Positions 25,701 through 40,700 of a stretch of 64,000 nt of DNA are shown here, piece after piece. The first letter of the stretch is position 1. Every line of letters begins with the position of its first letter. The translations under genes and the position numbers were made by a program. Location of the stretch: contig OZ024764.1 in NCBI GenBank assembly GCA_964016885.1, positions 15,252,001-15,316,000 of the forward strand, written 5' to 3'. The notes below the pieces were generated by a model. That model was given only the letters and a program-made list of their open reading frames with translations, was not told where the DNA came from and did no database searches. Source of the DNA: Eledone cirrhosa (lineage: Eukaryota).

Positions 25701-28700
25701 ACAGACAGGAGTCTCTAGAGGCTGTATTAAAACAGACAGGGGTCTCTAGAGGCTGTATTAACACATACAGGGGTCTCTAGAGGCTGTATTAACACAGACA
25801 GGAGTCTCTAGAGGCTGTATTAACACAGACAGGGGTCTCTAGAGGCTGTATTAACACAGACAGGGGTCTCTAGAGGCTGTATTAACACATACAGGGGTCT
25901 CTAGAGGCTGTATTAACATAGACAGGGATCTCTAGAGGCTGTATTAACACAGACAGGAGTCTCTAGAGGCTGTATTAACACAGACAGGGGTCTCTAGAGG
26001 CTGTATTAACACAGACAGGGGCCTCTAGAGGCTGTATTAACACATACAGGGGTCTCTAGAGACTGTATTAACACATACAGGGGTCTCTAGAGGCTATATT
26101 AACATAGACAGGGGTCTCTAGAGGCTGTATCAACACAGACAAGGGTCTCTAGAGACTGTATTAACACATACAGGGGTCTCTATGGGCTGTATTAACACAT
26201 ACAGGGGTCTCTAGGGGCTGTATTAACACATACAGGGGTCTCTAGGGGATGTATTAACACATACAGGGGTCTCTAGGGGTTGTATTAACACATACAGGGG
26301 TCTCTAGATGCTGTATTAACACATACAGGGGTCTCTAGAGGCTGTATTAACACAGACAGGGGTCTCTAGGGGCTGTATTAACACATACAGGGGTCTCTAG
26401 AGGCTGTATTAACACAGACAGGGGTCTCTAGAGGCTGTATTAACACATACAGGGGTCTCTAGGGGCTGTATTAATACAGACAGGGGTCTCTAGGGGCTGT
26501 ATTAACACAGACAGGGGTCTCTAGAGGCTGTATTAACACAGACAGGGGTCTCTAGAGGCCGTATTAACACAGACAGGGGTCTCTAGAGGCTGTATTAACA
26601 CAGACAGGGGTCTCTAGAGGCTGTATTAACACAGACAGGGGTCTCTAGAGGCTGTATTAACACAGACAGGGGTATCTAGAGGCTGTATTAACACAGACAG
26701 GGGTCTCTAGAGGCTGTATTAACACAGACAGGGGTCTCTAGGGGCTGTATTAACACATACAGGGGTCTCTAGAGGCTGTATTAACACAGACAGGGGTCTC
26801 TAGAGGCTGTATTAACACAAACAGGGGTCTCTAGAGGCTGTATTAACACAGACAGGGGTCTTTAGAGGCTGTATTAACACAGACAGGGGTCTCTAGAGGC
26901 TGTATTAACACAGACAGGGGTCTCTAGAGGCTGTATTAACACAGACAGGGGTCTCTAGAGGCTGTATTAACACATACAGGGGTCTCTAGAGGCTGTATTA
27001 ACACAGACAGGGGTCTCTAGAGACTGTATTAACGCATACAGGGGTCTCTAGAGGCTGTATTAACACAGACAGGGGTCTCTAGAGGCTGTATTAACACATA
27101 CAGGGGTCTCTAGAGGCTGTATTAACACAGACAGGGGTCTCTAGAGGCTGTATTAACACAGACAGGGGTCTCTAGAGGCTGTATTAACACAGACAGGGGT
27201 CTGTAGAGGCTGTATTAACACATACAGGGGTCTCTAGAGGCTGTATTAACACAGACAGGGGTCTCTAGGGGCTGTATTAACACATACAGGGGTCTCTAGA
27301 GGCTGTATTAACACAGACAGGGGTCTCTAGAGGCTGTATTAACACATACAGGGGTCTCTAGGGGCTGTATTAATACAGACAGGGGTCTCTAGGGGCTGTA
27401 TTAACACAGACAGGGGTCTCTAGAGGCTGTATTAACACAGACAGGGGTCTCTAGAGGCCGTATTAACACAGACAGGGGTCTCTAGAGGCTGTATTAACAC
27501 AGACAGGGGTCTCTAGAGGCTGTATTAACACAGACAGGGGTCTCTAGAGGCTGTATTAACACAGACAGGGGTCTCTAGAGGCTGTATTAACACAGACAGG
27601 GGTCTGTAGAGGCTGTATTAACACATACAGGGGTCTCTAGAGGCTGTATTAACACAGACAGGGGTCTCTAGGGGCTGTATTAACACATACAGGGGTCTCT
27701 AGAGGCTGTATTAACACAGACAGGGGTCTCTAGAGGCTGTATTAACACATACAGGGGTCTCTAGGGGCTATATTAATACAGACAGGGGTCTCTAGGGGCT
27801 GTATTAACACAGACAGGGGTCTCTAGAGGCTGTATTAACACAGACAGGGGTCTCTAGAGGCCGTATTAACACAGACAGGGGTCTCTAGAGGCTGTATTAA
27901 CACAGACAGGGGTCTCTAGAGGCTGTATTAACACAGACAGGGGTCTCTAGAGGCTGTATTAACACAGACAGGGGTATCTAGAGGCTGTATTAACACAGAC
28001 AGGGGTCTCTAGAGGCTGTATTAACACAGACAGGGGTCTCTAGGGGCTGTATTAACACATACAGGGGTCTCTAGAGGCTGTATTAACACAGACAGGGGTC
28101 TCTAGAGGCTGTATTAACACAAACAGGGGTCTCTAGAGGCTGTATTAACACAGACAGGGGTCTTTAGAGGCTGTATTAACACAGACAGGGGTCTCTAGAG
28201 GCTGTATTAACACAGACAGGGGTCTCTAGAGGCTGTATTAACACATACAGGGGTCTCTAGAGGCTGTATTAACACAGACAGGGGTCTCTAGAGGCTGTAT
28301 TAACACATACAGGGGTCTCTAGAGGCTGTATTAACACAGACAGGGGTCTCTAGAGACTGTATTAACGCATACAGGGGTCTCTAGAGGCTGTATTAACACA
28401 GACAGGGGTCTCTAGAGGCTGTATTAACACATACAGGGGTCTCTAGAGGCTGTATTAACACATACAGGGGTCTCTAGAGGCTGTATTAACACAGACAGGG
28501 GTCTCTAGAGGCTGTATTAACACAGACAGGGGTCTCTAGAGGCTGTATTAACACAGACAGGGGTCTGTAGAGGCTGTATTAACACATACAGGGGTCTCTA
28601 GAGGCTGTATTAACACATACAGGGGTCTCTAGAGGCTGTATTAACACAGACAGGGGTCTCTAGAGACTGTATTAACACATACAGGGGTCTCTAGAGGCTG

Positions 28701-31700
28701 TATTAACACAGACAGGGGTCTGTAGAGGCTGTATTAACACATACAGGGGTCTCTAGAGGCTGTATTAACACAGAAAGAGGTCTCTAGAGGCTGTATTAAC
28801 ACAGACAGGGGTCTCTAGAGGCTGTATTAACACAGACAGGGGTCTCTAGAGGCTGTATTAACACATACAGGGGTCTCTAGAGGCTGTATTAACACATACA
28901 GGGCTCTCTACAGGCTTTATTAACACAGACAGGGGTCTATAGAGGCTGTATTAACAGAGACAGGTGTCTCTAGAGGCTGTATTAACACAGACAGGAGTCT
29001 CTAGAGGCTGTATTAACACAGACAAGGGACTCTCGGGGCTGTATTAACACATACAGGGGTCTCTAGAGGCTGTATTAACACAGACAGGGGTCTCTCGGGG
29101 CTGTATTAACACATACAGGGGTCTCTAGAGGCTGTATTAACACAGACAGGGGTCTCTAGAGGCTGTATTAACACAGACAGGGGTCTTTAGAGGCTGTATT
29201 AACACAGACAGGGGTCTCTAGAGGCTGTATTAACACAGACAGGGGTCTCTAGAAGCTGTATTAACACAGACAGGGGTCTCTAGAGGCTGTATTAACACAG
29301 ACAGGGGTCTCTAGAGACTGTATTAACACAGACAGGGGTCTCTAGAGTCTGTATTAACACATACAGGGTTATCTAGAGGCTGTATTAACACAGACAGGTG
29401 TCTCTAGAGGCTGTATTAACACATACAGGGCTCTCTAGAGGCTGTATTAACACAGACAGGGGTCTCTAGAGGCTGTATTAACACATACAGGGGTCTCTAG
29501 AGTCTGTATTAACACATACAGGGCTCTCTAGAGGCTGTATTAACACATACAGGGGTATCTAGAGGCTGTATTAACACATACAGGGCTCTCTAGAGGCTGT
29601 ATTAACACATACAGGGCTCTCTAGAGGCTGTAATAACACAGACAAGGCTCTCTAGAGGCTGTATTAACACAGACAGGGGTCTCTAGAGGCTGTATTAACA
29701 CAGACAGGGGTCTCTAGAGGCTGTATTAACACAGACAGGGGTATCAAGAGGCTGTATTAACACAGACAGGGGTCTCTAGAGGCTGTATTAACACAGACAG
29801 GGGTCTCTCGATGCTGTATTAACACAGACAGGGGTCTCTAGAGGCTGTATTAAAACAGACAGGGTCTCTAGAGGCTGTATTAACACAGACAGGGGTCTCT
29901 AGAGGCTGTATTAACACATACAGGGGTCTCTAGAGGCTGTATTAACACATACAGTGGTCTCTAGAGGCTGTATTAACACAGACAGGGGTCTCTAGAGGCT
30001 GTATTAACACAGACAGGGGTCTCTAGAGGCTGTATTAACACAGACAGGGGTCTCTAGGGGCTGTATTAACACATACGAGGGTCTCTAGACGCTGTATTAA
30101 CACAGACAGGGGTCTTTAGAGGCTGTATTTACACAGACAGGGGTCTCTAGAGGCTGTATTAACACAGACAGGGGTCTCTAGAGGCTGTATTAACACAGAC
30201 AGGGGTCTCTAGAGGCTGTATTAACACATACAGCGGTCTCTAGAGGCTGTATTAACACATACAGGGGTCTCTAGAGGCTGTATTAACACATACAGGGGTC
30301 TCTAGAGGCTGTATTAACACAGACAGGGGTCTCTAGAGGCTGTATTAACACAGACAGGGGTCTCTAGAGGCTGTATTAACACATACAGGGGTCTATAGAG
30401 ACTGTATTAACACAGACAGGGGTCTCTAGAGGCTGTATTAACACATACAGGGGTCTCTATGGGCTGTATTAACACAGACAGGGGTCTCTATGGGCTGTAT
30501 TAACACAGACAGGGGTCTCTAGAGGCTGTATTAACACAGACAGGGGTCTCTAGAGGCTGTATTAACACAGACAGGGGTCTCTAGAGGCTGTATTAACACA
30601 TAGAGGGGTCTCTAGAGGCTGTATTAACACAGACAGGGCTCTCTAGAGGCTGTATTAACACAGACAGGGCTCTCTAGAGGCTGTATTAACACAGACAGGG
30701 GTCTCTAGAGGCTGTATTAACACATACAGGGCTCTCTAGAGGCTGTATTAACACATACAGGGCTCTCTAGAGGCTGTATTAACACAGACAAGGGTCTCTA
30801 GGGGCTGTATTAACACATACAGGGGTCTCTAGAGGCTGTATTAACACAGACAGGGGTCTCTAGAGGCTGTATTAACACAGACAGGGGTCTCTAGAGGCTG
30901 TATTAACACAGACAGGGGTCTGTAGAGGCTGTATTAACACAGACAGGGGTCTCTAGAGGCTGTATTAAATACAGACAGGGGTCTCTAGAGACTGTATTAA
31001 CACAGACAGGGGTCTCTAGAGTCTGTATTAACACAGACAGGGGTCTCTAGAGGCTGTATTAACACAGACAGGGCTCTCTAGAGGCTGTATTAACACAGAC
31101 AGGGGTCTCTAGAGGCTGTATTAACACAGACAGGAGTCTGTAGAGGCTGTATTAACACAGACAGGGGTCTCTAGAGGCTGTATTAACACATACAGGGGTA
31201 TCTAGAGGCTGTATTAACACAGACAGGGCTCTCTAGAGTCTGTATTAACACAGACAGGGGTCTCTAGAGGCTGTATTAACACAGACAGGGCTCTCTAGAG
31301 GCTGTATTAACACAGACAGGGGTCTCTAGAGGCTGTATTAACACATACAGGGCTCTCTAGAGGCTGTATAAACACAGACAGGGGTCTCTAGAGGCTGTAT
31401 TAACACAGACAGGGGTCTCTAGAGTCTGTATTAACACATACAGGGTTATCTAGAGGCTGTATTAACACAGACAGGTGTCTCTAGAGGCTGTATTAACACA
31501 TACAGGGCTCTCTAGAGGCTGTATTAACACAGACAGGGGTCTCTAGAGGCTGTATTAACACATACAGGGGTCTCTAGAGTCTGTATTAACACATACAGGG
31601 CTCTCTAGAGGCTGTATTAACACATACAGGGGTATCTAGAGGCTGTATTAACACATACAGGGCTCTCTAGAGGCTGTATTAACACATACAGGGCTCTCTA

Positions 31701-34700
31701 GAGGCTGTAATAACACAGACAAGGCTCTCTAGAGGCTGTATTAACACAGACAGGGCTCTCTAGAGTCTGTATTAACACAGACAGGGCTCTCTAGAGGCTG
31801 TATTAACACAGACAGGGCTCTCTAGAGGCAGTATTAACACAGACAGGGGTCTCTAGAGGCTGTATTAACACATACAGGGCTCTCTAGAGGCTGTATAAAC
31901 ACAGACAGGGGTCTCTAGAGGCTGTATTAACACAGACAGGGGTCTCTAGAGTCTGTATTAACACATACAGGGTTATCTAGAGGCTGTATTAACACAGACA
32001 GGTGTCTCTAGAGGCTGTATTAACACATACAGGGCTCTCTAGAGGCTGTATTAACACAGACAGGGGTCTCTAGAGGCTGTATTAACACATACAGGGGTCT
32101 CTAGAGTCTGTATTAACACATACAGGGCTCTCTAGAGGCTGTATTAACACATACAGGGGTATCTAGAGGCTGTATTAACACATACAGGGCTCTCTAGAGG
32201 CTGTATTAACACATACAGGGCTCTCTAGAGGCTGTAATAACACAGACAAGGCTCTCTAGAGGCTGTATTAACACAGACAGGGGTCTCTAGAGGCTGTATT
32301 AACACAGACAGGGGTCTCTAGAGGCTGTATTAACACAGACAGGGGTCTCTAGAGGCTGTATTAACACAAACAGGGGTCTCTAGGGGCTGTATTAACACAT
32401 ACGAGGGTCTCTAGACGCTGTATTAACACAGACAGGGGTCTTTAGAGGCTGTATTTACACAGACAGGGGTCTCTAGAGGCTGTATTAACACAGACAGGGG
32501 TCTCTAGAGGCTGTATTAACACAGACAGGGGTCTCTAGAGGCTGTATTAACACATACAGCGGTCTCTAGAGGCTGTATTAACACATACAGGGGTCTCTAG
32601 AGGCTGTATTAACACATACAGGGGTCTCTAGAGGCTGTATTAACACAGACAGGGGTCTCTAGAGGCTGTATTAACACAGACAGGGGTCTCTAGAGGCTGT
32701 ATTAACACATACAGGGGTCTATAGAGACTGTATTAACACAGACAGGGGTCTCTAGAGGCTGTATTAACACATACAGGGGTCTCTATGGGCTGTATTAACA
32801 CAGACAGGGGTCTCTATGGGCTGTATTAACACAGACAGGGGTCTCTAGAGGCTGTATTAACACAGACAGGGGTCTCTAGAGGCTGTATTAACACAGACAG
32901 GGGTCTCTAGAGGCTGTATTAACACATACAGGGGTCTCTAGAGGCTGTATTAACACAGACAGGGGTCTCTAGAGGCTGTATTAACACATACAGGGGTCTC
33001 TATGGGCTGTATTAACACAGACAGGGGTCTCTAGAGGCTGTATTAACACATACAGGGGTCTCTAGAGACTGTATTAGCACAGACAGGGGTCTCTAGAGGC
33101 TGTATTAACACAGACAGGGGTCTCTAGAGGCTGTATTAACACATACAGGGGTCTCTAGAGGCTGTATTAACACATACAGGGGTCTCTAGAGGCTGTATTA
33201 ACACATACAGGGGTATCTAGAGGCTGTATTAACACAGACAGGGGTATCTAGAGGCTGTATTAACACAGACAGGGCTCTCTAGAGGCTGTATTAACACAGA
33301 CAGGGCTCTCTAGAGGCTGTATTAACACAGACAGGGGTCTCTAGAGGCTGTATTAACACATACAGGGGTCTCTAGAGGCTGTATTAACACATACAGGGCT
33401 CTCTAGAGGCTGTATTAACACAGACAAGGGTCTCTAGGGGCTGTATTAACACATACAGGGGTCTCTAGAGGCTGTATTAACACAGACAGGGGTCTCTAGA
33501 GGCTGTATTAACACAGACAGGGGTCTCTAGAGGCTGTATTAACACATACAGGGCTCTCTAGAGGCTGTATTAACACATACAGGGCTCTCTAGAGGCTGTA
33601 TTAACACAGACAAGGGTCTCTAGGGGCTGTATTAACACATACAGGGGTCTCTAGAGTCTGTATTAACACATACAGGGCTCTCTAGAGGCTGTATTAACAC
33701 ATACAGGGGTATCTAGAGGCTGTATTAACACATACAGGGCTCTCTAGAGGCTGTATTAACACATACAGGGCTCTCTAGAGGCTGTAATAACACAGACAAG
33801 GCTCTCTAGAGGCTGTATTAACACAGACAGGGCTCTCTAGAGTCTGTATTAACACAGACAGGGCTCTCTAGAGGCTGTATTAACACAGACAGGGCTCTCT
33901 AGAGGCTGTATTAACACAGACAGGGGTCTCTAGAGGCTGTATTAACACATACAGGGCTCTCTAGAGGCTGTATAAACACAGACAGGGGTCTCTAGAGGCT
34001 GTATTAACACAGACAGGGGTCTCTAGAGTCTGTATTAACACATACAGGGTTATCTAGAGGCTGTATTAACACAGACAGGTGTCTCTAGAGGCTGTATTAA
34101 CACATACAGGGCTCTCTAGAGGCTGTATTAACACATACAGGGGTATCTAGAGGCTGTATTAACACATACAGGGGTCTCTAGAGTCTGTATTAACACATAC
34201 AGGGCTCTCTAGAGGCTGTATTAACACATACAGGGGTATCTAGAGGCTGTATTAACACATACAGGGCTCTCTAGAGGCTGTATTAACACATACAGGGCTC
34301 TCTAGAGGCTGTAATAACACAGACAAGGCTCTCTAGAGGCTGTATTAACACAGACAGGGGTCTCTAGAGGCTGTATTAACACAGACAGGGGTCTCTAGGG
34401 GCTGTATTAACACATACGAGGGTCTCTAGACGCTGTATTAACACAGACAGGGGTCTTTAGAGGCTGTATTAACACAGACAGGGGTCTCTAGAGGCTGTAT
34501 TAACACAGACAGGGGTCTCTAGAGGCTGTATTAAAACATACAGGGTCTCTAGAGGCTGTATTAACACAGACAGGGGTCTCTAGAGGCTGTATTAACACAT
34601 ACAGGGGTCTCTAGAGGCTGTATTAACACATACAGTGGTCTCTAGAGGCTGTATTAACACAGACAGGGGTCTCTAGAGGCTGTATTAACACAGACAGGGG

Positions 34701-37700
34701 TCTCTAGAGGCTGTATTAACACAGACAGGGGTCTCTAGAGGCTGTATTAACACAGACAGGGGTCTCTAGGGGCTGTATTAACACATACGAGGGTCTCTAG
34801 ACGCTGTATTAACACAGACAGGGGTCTTTAGAGGCTGTATTTACACAGTCAGGGGTCTCTAGAGGCTGTATTAACACAGACAGGGGTCTCTAGAGGCTGT
34901 ATTAACACAGACAGGGGTCTCTAGAGGCTGTATTAACACATACAGTGGTCTCTAGAGGCTGTATTAACACATACAGGGGTCTCTAGAGGCTGTATTAACA
35001 CATACAGGGGTCTCTAGAGGCTGTATTAACACAAACAGGGGTCTCTAGAGGCTGTATTAACACAGACAGCGGTCTCTAGAGGGTGTATTAACACATACAG
35101 GGGTCTATAGAGACTGTATTAACACAGACAGGGGTCTCTAGAGGCTGTATTAACACATACAGGGGTCTCTATGGGCTGTATTAACACATACAGGGCTCTC
35201 TAGAGGCTGTATTAACACATACAGGGCTCTCTAGAGGCTGTAATAACACAGACAAGGCTCTCTAGAGGCTGTATTAACACAGACAGGGCTCTCTAGAGTC
35301 TGTATTAACACAGACAGGGCTCTCTAGAGGCTGTATTAACACAGACAGGGCTCTCTAGAGGCAGTATTAACACAGACAGGGGTCTCTAGAGGCTGTATTA
35401 ACACATACAGGGCTCTCTAGAGGCTGTATAAACACAGACAGGGGTCTCTAGAGGCTGTATTAACACAGACAGGGGTCTCTAGAGTCTGTATTAACACATA
35501 CAGGGTTATCTAGAGGCTGTATTAACACAGACAGGTGTCTCTAGAGGCTGTATTAACACATACAGGGCTCTCTAGAGGCTGTATTAACACAGACAGGGGT
35601 CTCTAGAGGCTGTATTAACACATACAGGGGTCTCTAGAGTCTGTATTAACACATACAGGGCTCTCTAGAGGCTGTATTAACACATACAGGGGTATCTAGA
35701 GGCTGTATTAACACATACAGGGCTCTCTAGAGGCTGTATTAACACATACAGGGCTCTCTAGAGGCTGTAATAACACAGACAAGGCTCTCTAGAGGCTGTA
35801 TTAACACAGACAGGGGTCTCTAGAGGCTGTATTAACACAGACAGGGGTCTCTAGAGGCTGTATTAACACAGACAGGGGTCTCTAGAGGCTGTATTAACAC
35901 AGACAGGGGTCTCTAGGGGCTGTATTAACACATACGAGGGTCTCTAGACGCTGTATTAACACAGACAGGGGTCTTTAGAGGCTGTATTTACACAGACAGG
36001 GGTCTCTAGAGGCTGTATTAACACAGACAGGGGTCTCTAGAGGCTGTATTAACACAGACAGGGGTCTCTAGAGGCTGTATTAACACATACAGCGGTCTCT
36101 AGAGGCTGTATTAACACATACAGGGGTCTCTAGAGGCTGTATTAACACATACAGGGGTCTCTAGAGGCTGTATTAACACAGACAGGGGTCTCTAGAGGCT
36201 GTATTAACACAGACAGGGGTCTCTAGAGGCTGTATTAACACATACAGGGGTCTATAGAGACTGTATTAACACAGACAGGGGTCTCTAGAGGCTGTATTAA
36301 CACATACAGGGGTCTCTATGGGCTGTATTAACACAGACAGGGGTCTCTATGGGCTGTATTAACACAGACAGGGGTCTCTAGAGGCTGTATTAACACAGAC
36401 AGGGGTCTCTAGAGGCTGTATTAACACAGACAGGGGTCTCTAGAGGCTGTATTAACACATACAGGGGTCTCTAGAGGCTGTATTAACACAGACAGGGGTC
36501 TCTAGAGGCTGTATTAACACATACAGGGGTCTCTATGGGCTGTATTAACACAGACAGGGGTCTCTAGAGGCTGTATTAACACATACAGGGGTCTCTAGAG
36601 ACTGTATTAGCACAGACAGGGGTCTCTAGAGGCTGTATTAACACAGACAGGGGTCTCTAGAGGCTGTATTAACACATACAGGGGTCTCTAGAGGCTGTAT
36701 TAACACATACAGGGGTCTCTAGAGGCTGTATTAACACATACAGGGGTATCTAGAGGCTGTATTAACACAGACAGGGGTATCTAGAGGCTGTATTAACACA
36801 GACAGGGCTCTCTAGAGGCTGTATTAACACAGACAGGGCTCTCTAGAGGCTGTATTAACACAGACAGGGGTCTCTAGAGGCTGTATTAACACATACAGGG
36901 GTCTCTAGAGGCTGTATTAACACATACAGGGCTCTCTAGAGGCTGTATTAACACAGACAAGGGTCTCTAGGGGCTGTATTAACACATACAGGGGTCTCTA
37001 GAGGCTGTATTAACACAGACAGGGGTCTCTAGAGGCTGTATTAACACAGACAGGGGTCTCTAGAGGCTGTATTAACACATACAGGGCTCTCTAGAGGCTG
37101 TATTAACACATACAGGGCTCTCTAGAGGCTGTATTAACACAGACAAGGGTCTCTAGGGGCTGTATTAACACATACAGGGGTCTCTAGAGTCTGTATTAAC
37201 ACATACAGGGCTCTCTAGAGGCTGTATTAACACATACAGGGGTATCTAGAGGCTGTATTAACACATACAGGGCTCTCTAGAGGCTGTATTAACACATACA
37301 GGGCTCTCTAGAGGCTGTAATAACACAGACAAGGCTCTCTAGAGGCTGTATTAACACAGACAGGGCTCTCTAGAGTCTGTATTAACACAGACAGGGCTCT
37401 CTAGAGGCTGTATTAACACAGACAGGGCTCTCTAGAGGCTGTATTAACACAGACAGGGGTCTCTAGAGGCTGTATTAACACATACAGGGCTCTCTAGAGG
37501 CTGTATAAACACAGACAGGGGTCTCTAGAGGCTGTATTAACACAGACAGGGGTCTCTAGAGTCTGTATTAACACATACAGGGTTATCTAGAGGCTGTATT
37601 AACACAGACAGGTGTCTCTAGAGGCTGTATTAACACATACAGGGCTCTCTAGAGGCTGTATTAACACATACAGGGGTATCTAGAGGCTGTATTAACACAT

Positions 37701-40700
37701 ACAGGGGTCTCTAGAGTCTGTATTAACACATACAGGGCTCTCTAGAGGCTGTATTAACACATACAGGGGTATCTAGAGGCTGTATTAACACATACAGGGC
37801 TCTCTAGAGGCTGTATTAACACATACAGGGCTCGCTAGAGGCTGTAATAACACAGACAAGGCTCTCTAGAGGCTGTATTAACACAGACAGGGGTCTCTAG
37901 AGGCTGTATTAACACAGACAGGGGTCTCTAGAGGCTGTATTAACACAGACAGGGGTATCAAGAGGCTGTATTAACACAGACAGGGGTCTCTAGAGGCTGT
38001 ATTAACACAGACAGGGGTCTCTCGAGGCTGTATTAACACAGACAGGGGTCTCTAGAGGCTGTATTAAAACAGACAGGGTCTCTAGAGGCTGTATTAACAC
38101 AGACAGGGGTCTCTAGAGGCTGTATTAACACAGTCAGGGGTCTCTAGAGGCTGTATTAACACATACAGTGGTCTCTAGAGGCTGTATTAACACAGACAGG
38201 GGTCTCTAGAGGCTGTATTAACACAGACAGGGGTCTCTAGAGGCTGTATTAACACAGACAGGGGTCTCTAGGGGCTGTATTAACACATACGAGGGTCTCT
38301 AGACGCTGTATTAACACAGACAGGGGTCTTTAGAGGCTGTATTTACACAGACAGGGGTCTCTAGAGGCTGTATTAACACAGACAGGGGTCTCTAGAGGCT
38401 GTATTAACACAGACAGGGGTCTCTAGAGGCTGTATTAACACATACAGCGGTCTCTAGAGGCTGTATTAACACATACAGGGGTCTCTAGAGGCTGTATTAA
38501 CACATACAGGGGACTCTAGAGGCTGTATTAACACAGACAGGGGTCTCTAGAGGCTGTATTAACACAGACAGGGGTCTCTAGAGGCTGTATTAACACATAC
38601 AGGGGTCTATAGAGACTGTATTAACACAGACAGGGGTCTCTAGAGGCTGTATTAACACATACAGGGGTCTCTATGGGCTGTATTAACACAGACAGGGGTC
38701 TCTATGGGCTGTATTAACACAGACAGGGGTCTCTAGAGGCTGTATTAACACAGACAGGGGTCTCTAGAGGCTGTATTAACACAGACAGGGGTCTCTAGAG
38801 GCTGTATTAACACATAGAGGGGTCTCTAGAGGCTGTATTAACACATACAGGGGTCTCTAGAGGCTGTATTAACACAGACAGGGGTCTCTAGAGGCTGTAT
38901 TAACACATACAGGGGTCTCTATGGGCTGTATTAACACAGACAGGGGTCTCTAGAGGCTGTATTAACACATACAGGGGTCTCTAGAGACTGTATTAGCACA
39001 GACAGGGGTCTCTAGAGGCTGTATTAACACAGACAGGGGTCTCTAGAGGCTGTATTAACACATACAGGGGTCTCTAGAGGCTGTATTAACACATACAGGG
39101 GTCTCTAGAGGCTGTATTAACACATACAGGGGTATCTAGAGGCTGTATTAACACAGACAGGGGTATCTAGAGGCTGTATTAACACAGACAGGGCTCTCTA
39201 GAGGCTGTATTAACACAGACAGGGCTCTCTAGAGGCTGTATTAACACAGACAGGGGTCTCTAGAGGCTGTATTAACACATACAGGGCTCTCTAGAGGCTG
39301 TATTAACACATACAGGGCTCTCTAGAGGCTGTATTAACACAGACAAGGGTCTCTAGGGGCTGTATTAACACATACAGGGGTCTCTAGAGGCTGTATTAAC
39401 ACAGACAGGGGTCTCTAGAGGCTGTATTAACACAAACAGGGGTCTCTAGAGGCTGTATTAACACAGGCAGGGGTCCTAGAGACTGTATTAACGCATACAG
39501 GGGTCTCTAGAGGCTGTATTAACACAGACAGGGGTCTCTAGAGGCTGTATTAACACATACAGGGCTCGCTAGAGGCTGTAATAACACAGACAAGGCTCTC
39601 TAGAGGCTGTATTAACACAGACAGGGGTCTCTAGAGGCTGTATTAACACAGACAGGGGTCTCTAGAGGCTGTATTAACACAGACAGGGGTATCAAGAGGC
39701 TGTATTAACACAGACAGGGGTCTCTAGAGGCTGTATTAACACAGACAGGGGTCTCTCGAGGCTGTATTAACACAGACAGGGGTCTCTAGAGGCTGTATTA
39801 AAACAGACAGGGTCTCTAGAGGCTGTATTAACACAGACAGGGGTCTCTAGAGGCTGTATTAACACAGTCAGGGGTCTCTAGAGGCTGTATTAACACATAC
39901 AGTGGTCTCTAGAGGCTGTATTAACACAGACAGGGGTCTCTAGAGGCTGTATTAACACAGACAGGGGTCTCTAGAGGCTGTATTAACACAGACAGGGGTC
40001 TCTAGGGGCTGTATTAACACATACGAGGGTCTCTAGACGCTGTATTAACACAGACAGGGGTCTTTAGAGGCTGTATTTACACAGACAGGGGTCTCTAGAG
40101 GCTGTATTAACACAGACAGGGGTCTCTAGAGGCTGTATTAACACAGACAGGGGTCTCTAGAGGCTGTATTAACACATACAGCGGTCTCTAGAGGCTGTAT
40201 TAACACATACAGGGGTCTCTAGAGGCTGTATTAACACATACAGGGGTCTCTAGAGGCTGTATTAACACAGACAGGGGTCTCTAGAGGCTGTATTAACACA
40301 GACAGGGGTCTCTAGAGGCTGTATTAACACATACAGGGGTCTCTATGGGCTGTATTAACACAGACAGGGGTCTCTATGGGCTGTATTAACACAGACAGGG
40401 GTCTCTAGAGGCTGTATTAACACAGACAGGGGTCTCTAGAGGCTGTATTAACACAGACAGGGGTCTCTAGAGGCTGTATTAACACATAGAGGGGTCTCTA
40501 GAGGCTGTATTAACACATACAGGGGTCTCTAGAGGCTGTATTAACACAGACAGGGGTCTCTAGAGGCTGTATTAACACATACAGGGGTCTCTATGGGCTG
40601 TATTAACACAGACAGGGGTCTCTAGAGGCTGTATTAACACATACAGGGGTCTCTAGAGACTGTATTAGCACAGACAGGGGTCTCTAGAGGCTGTATTAAC

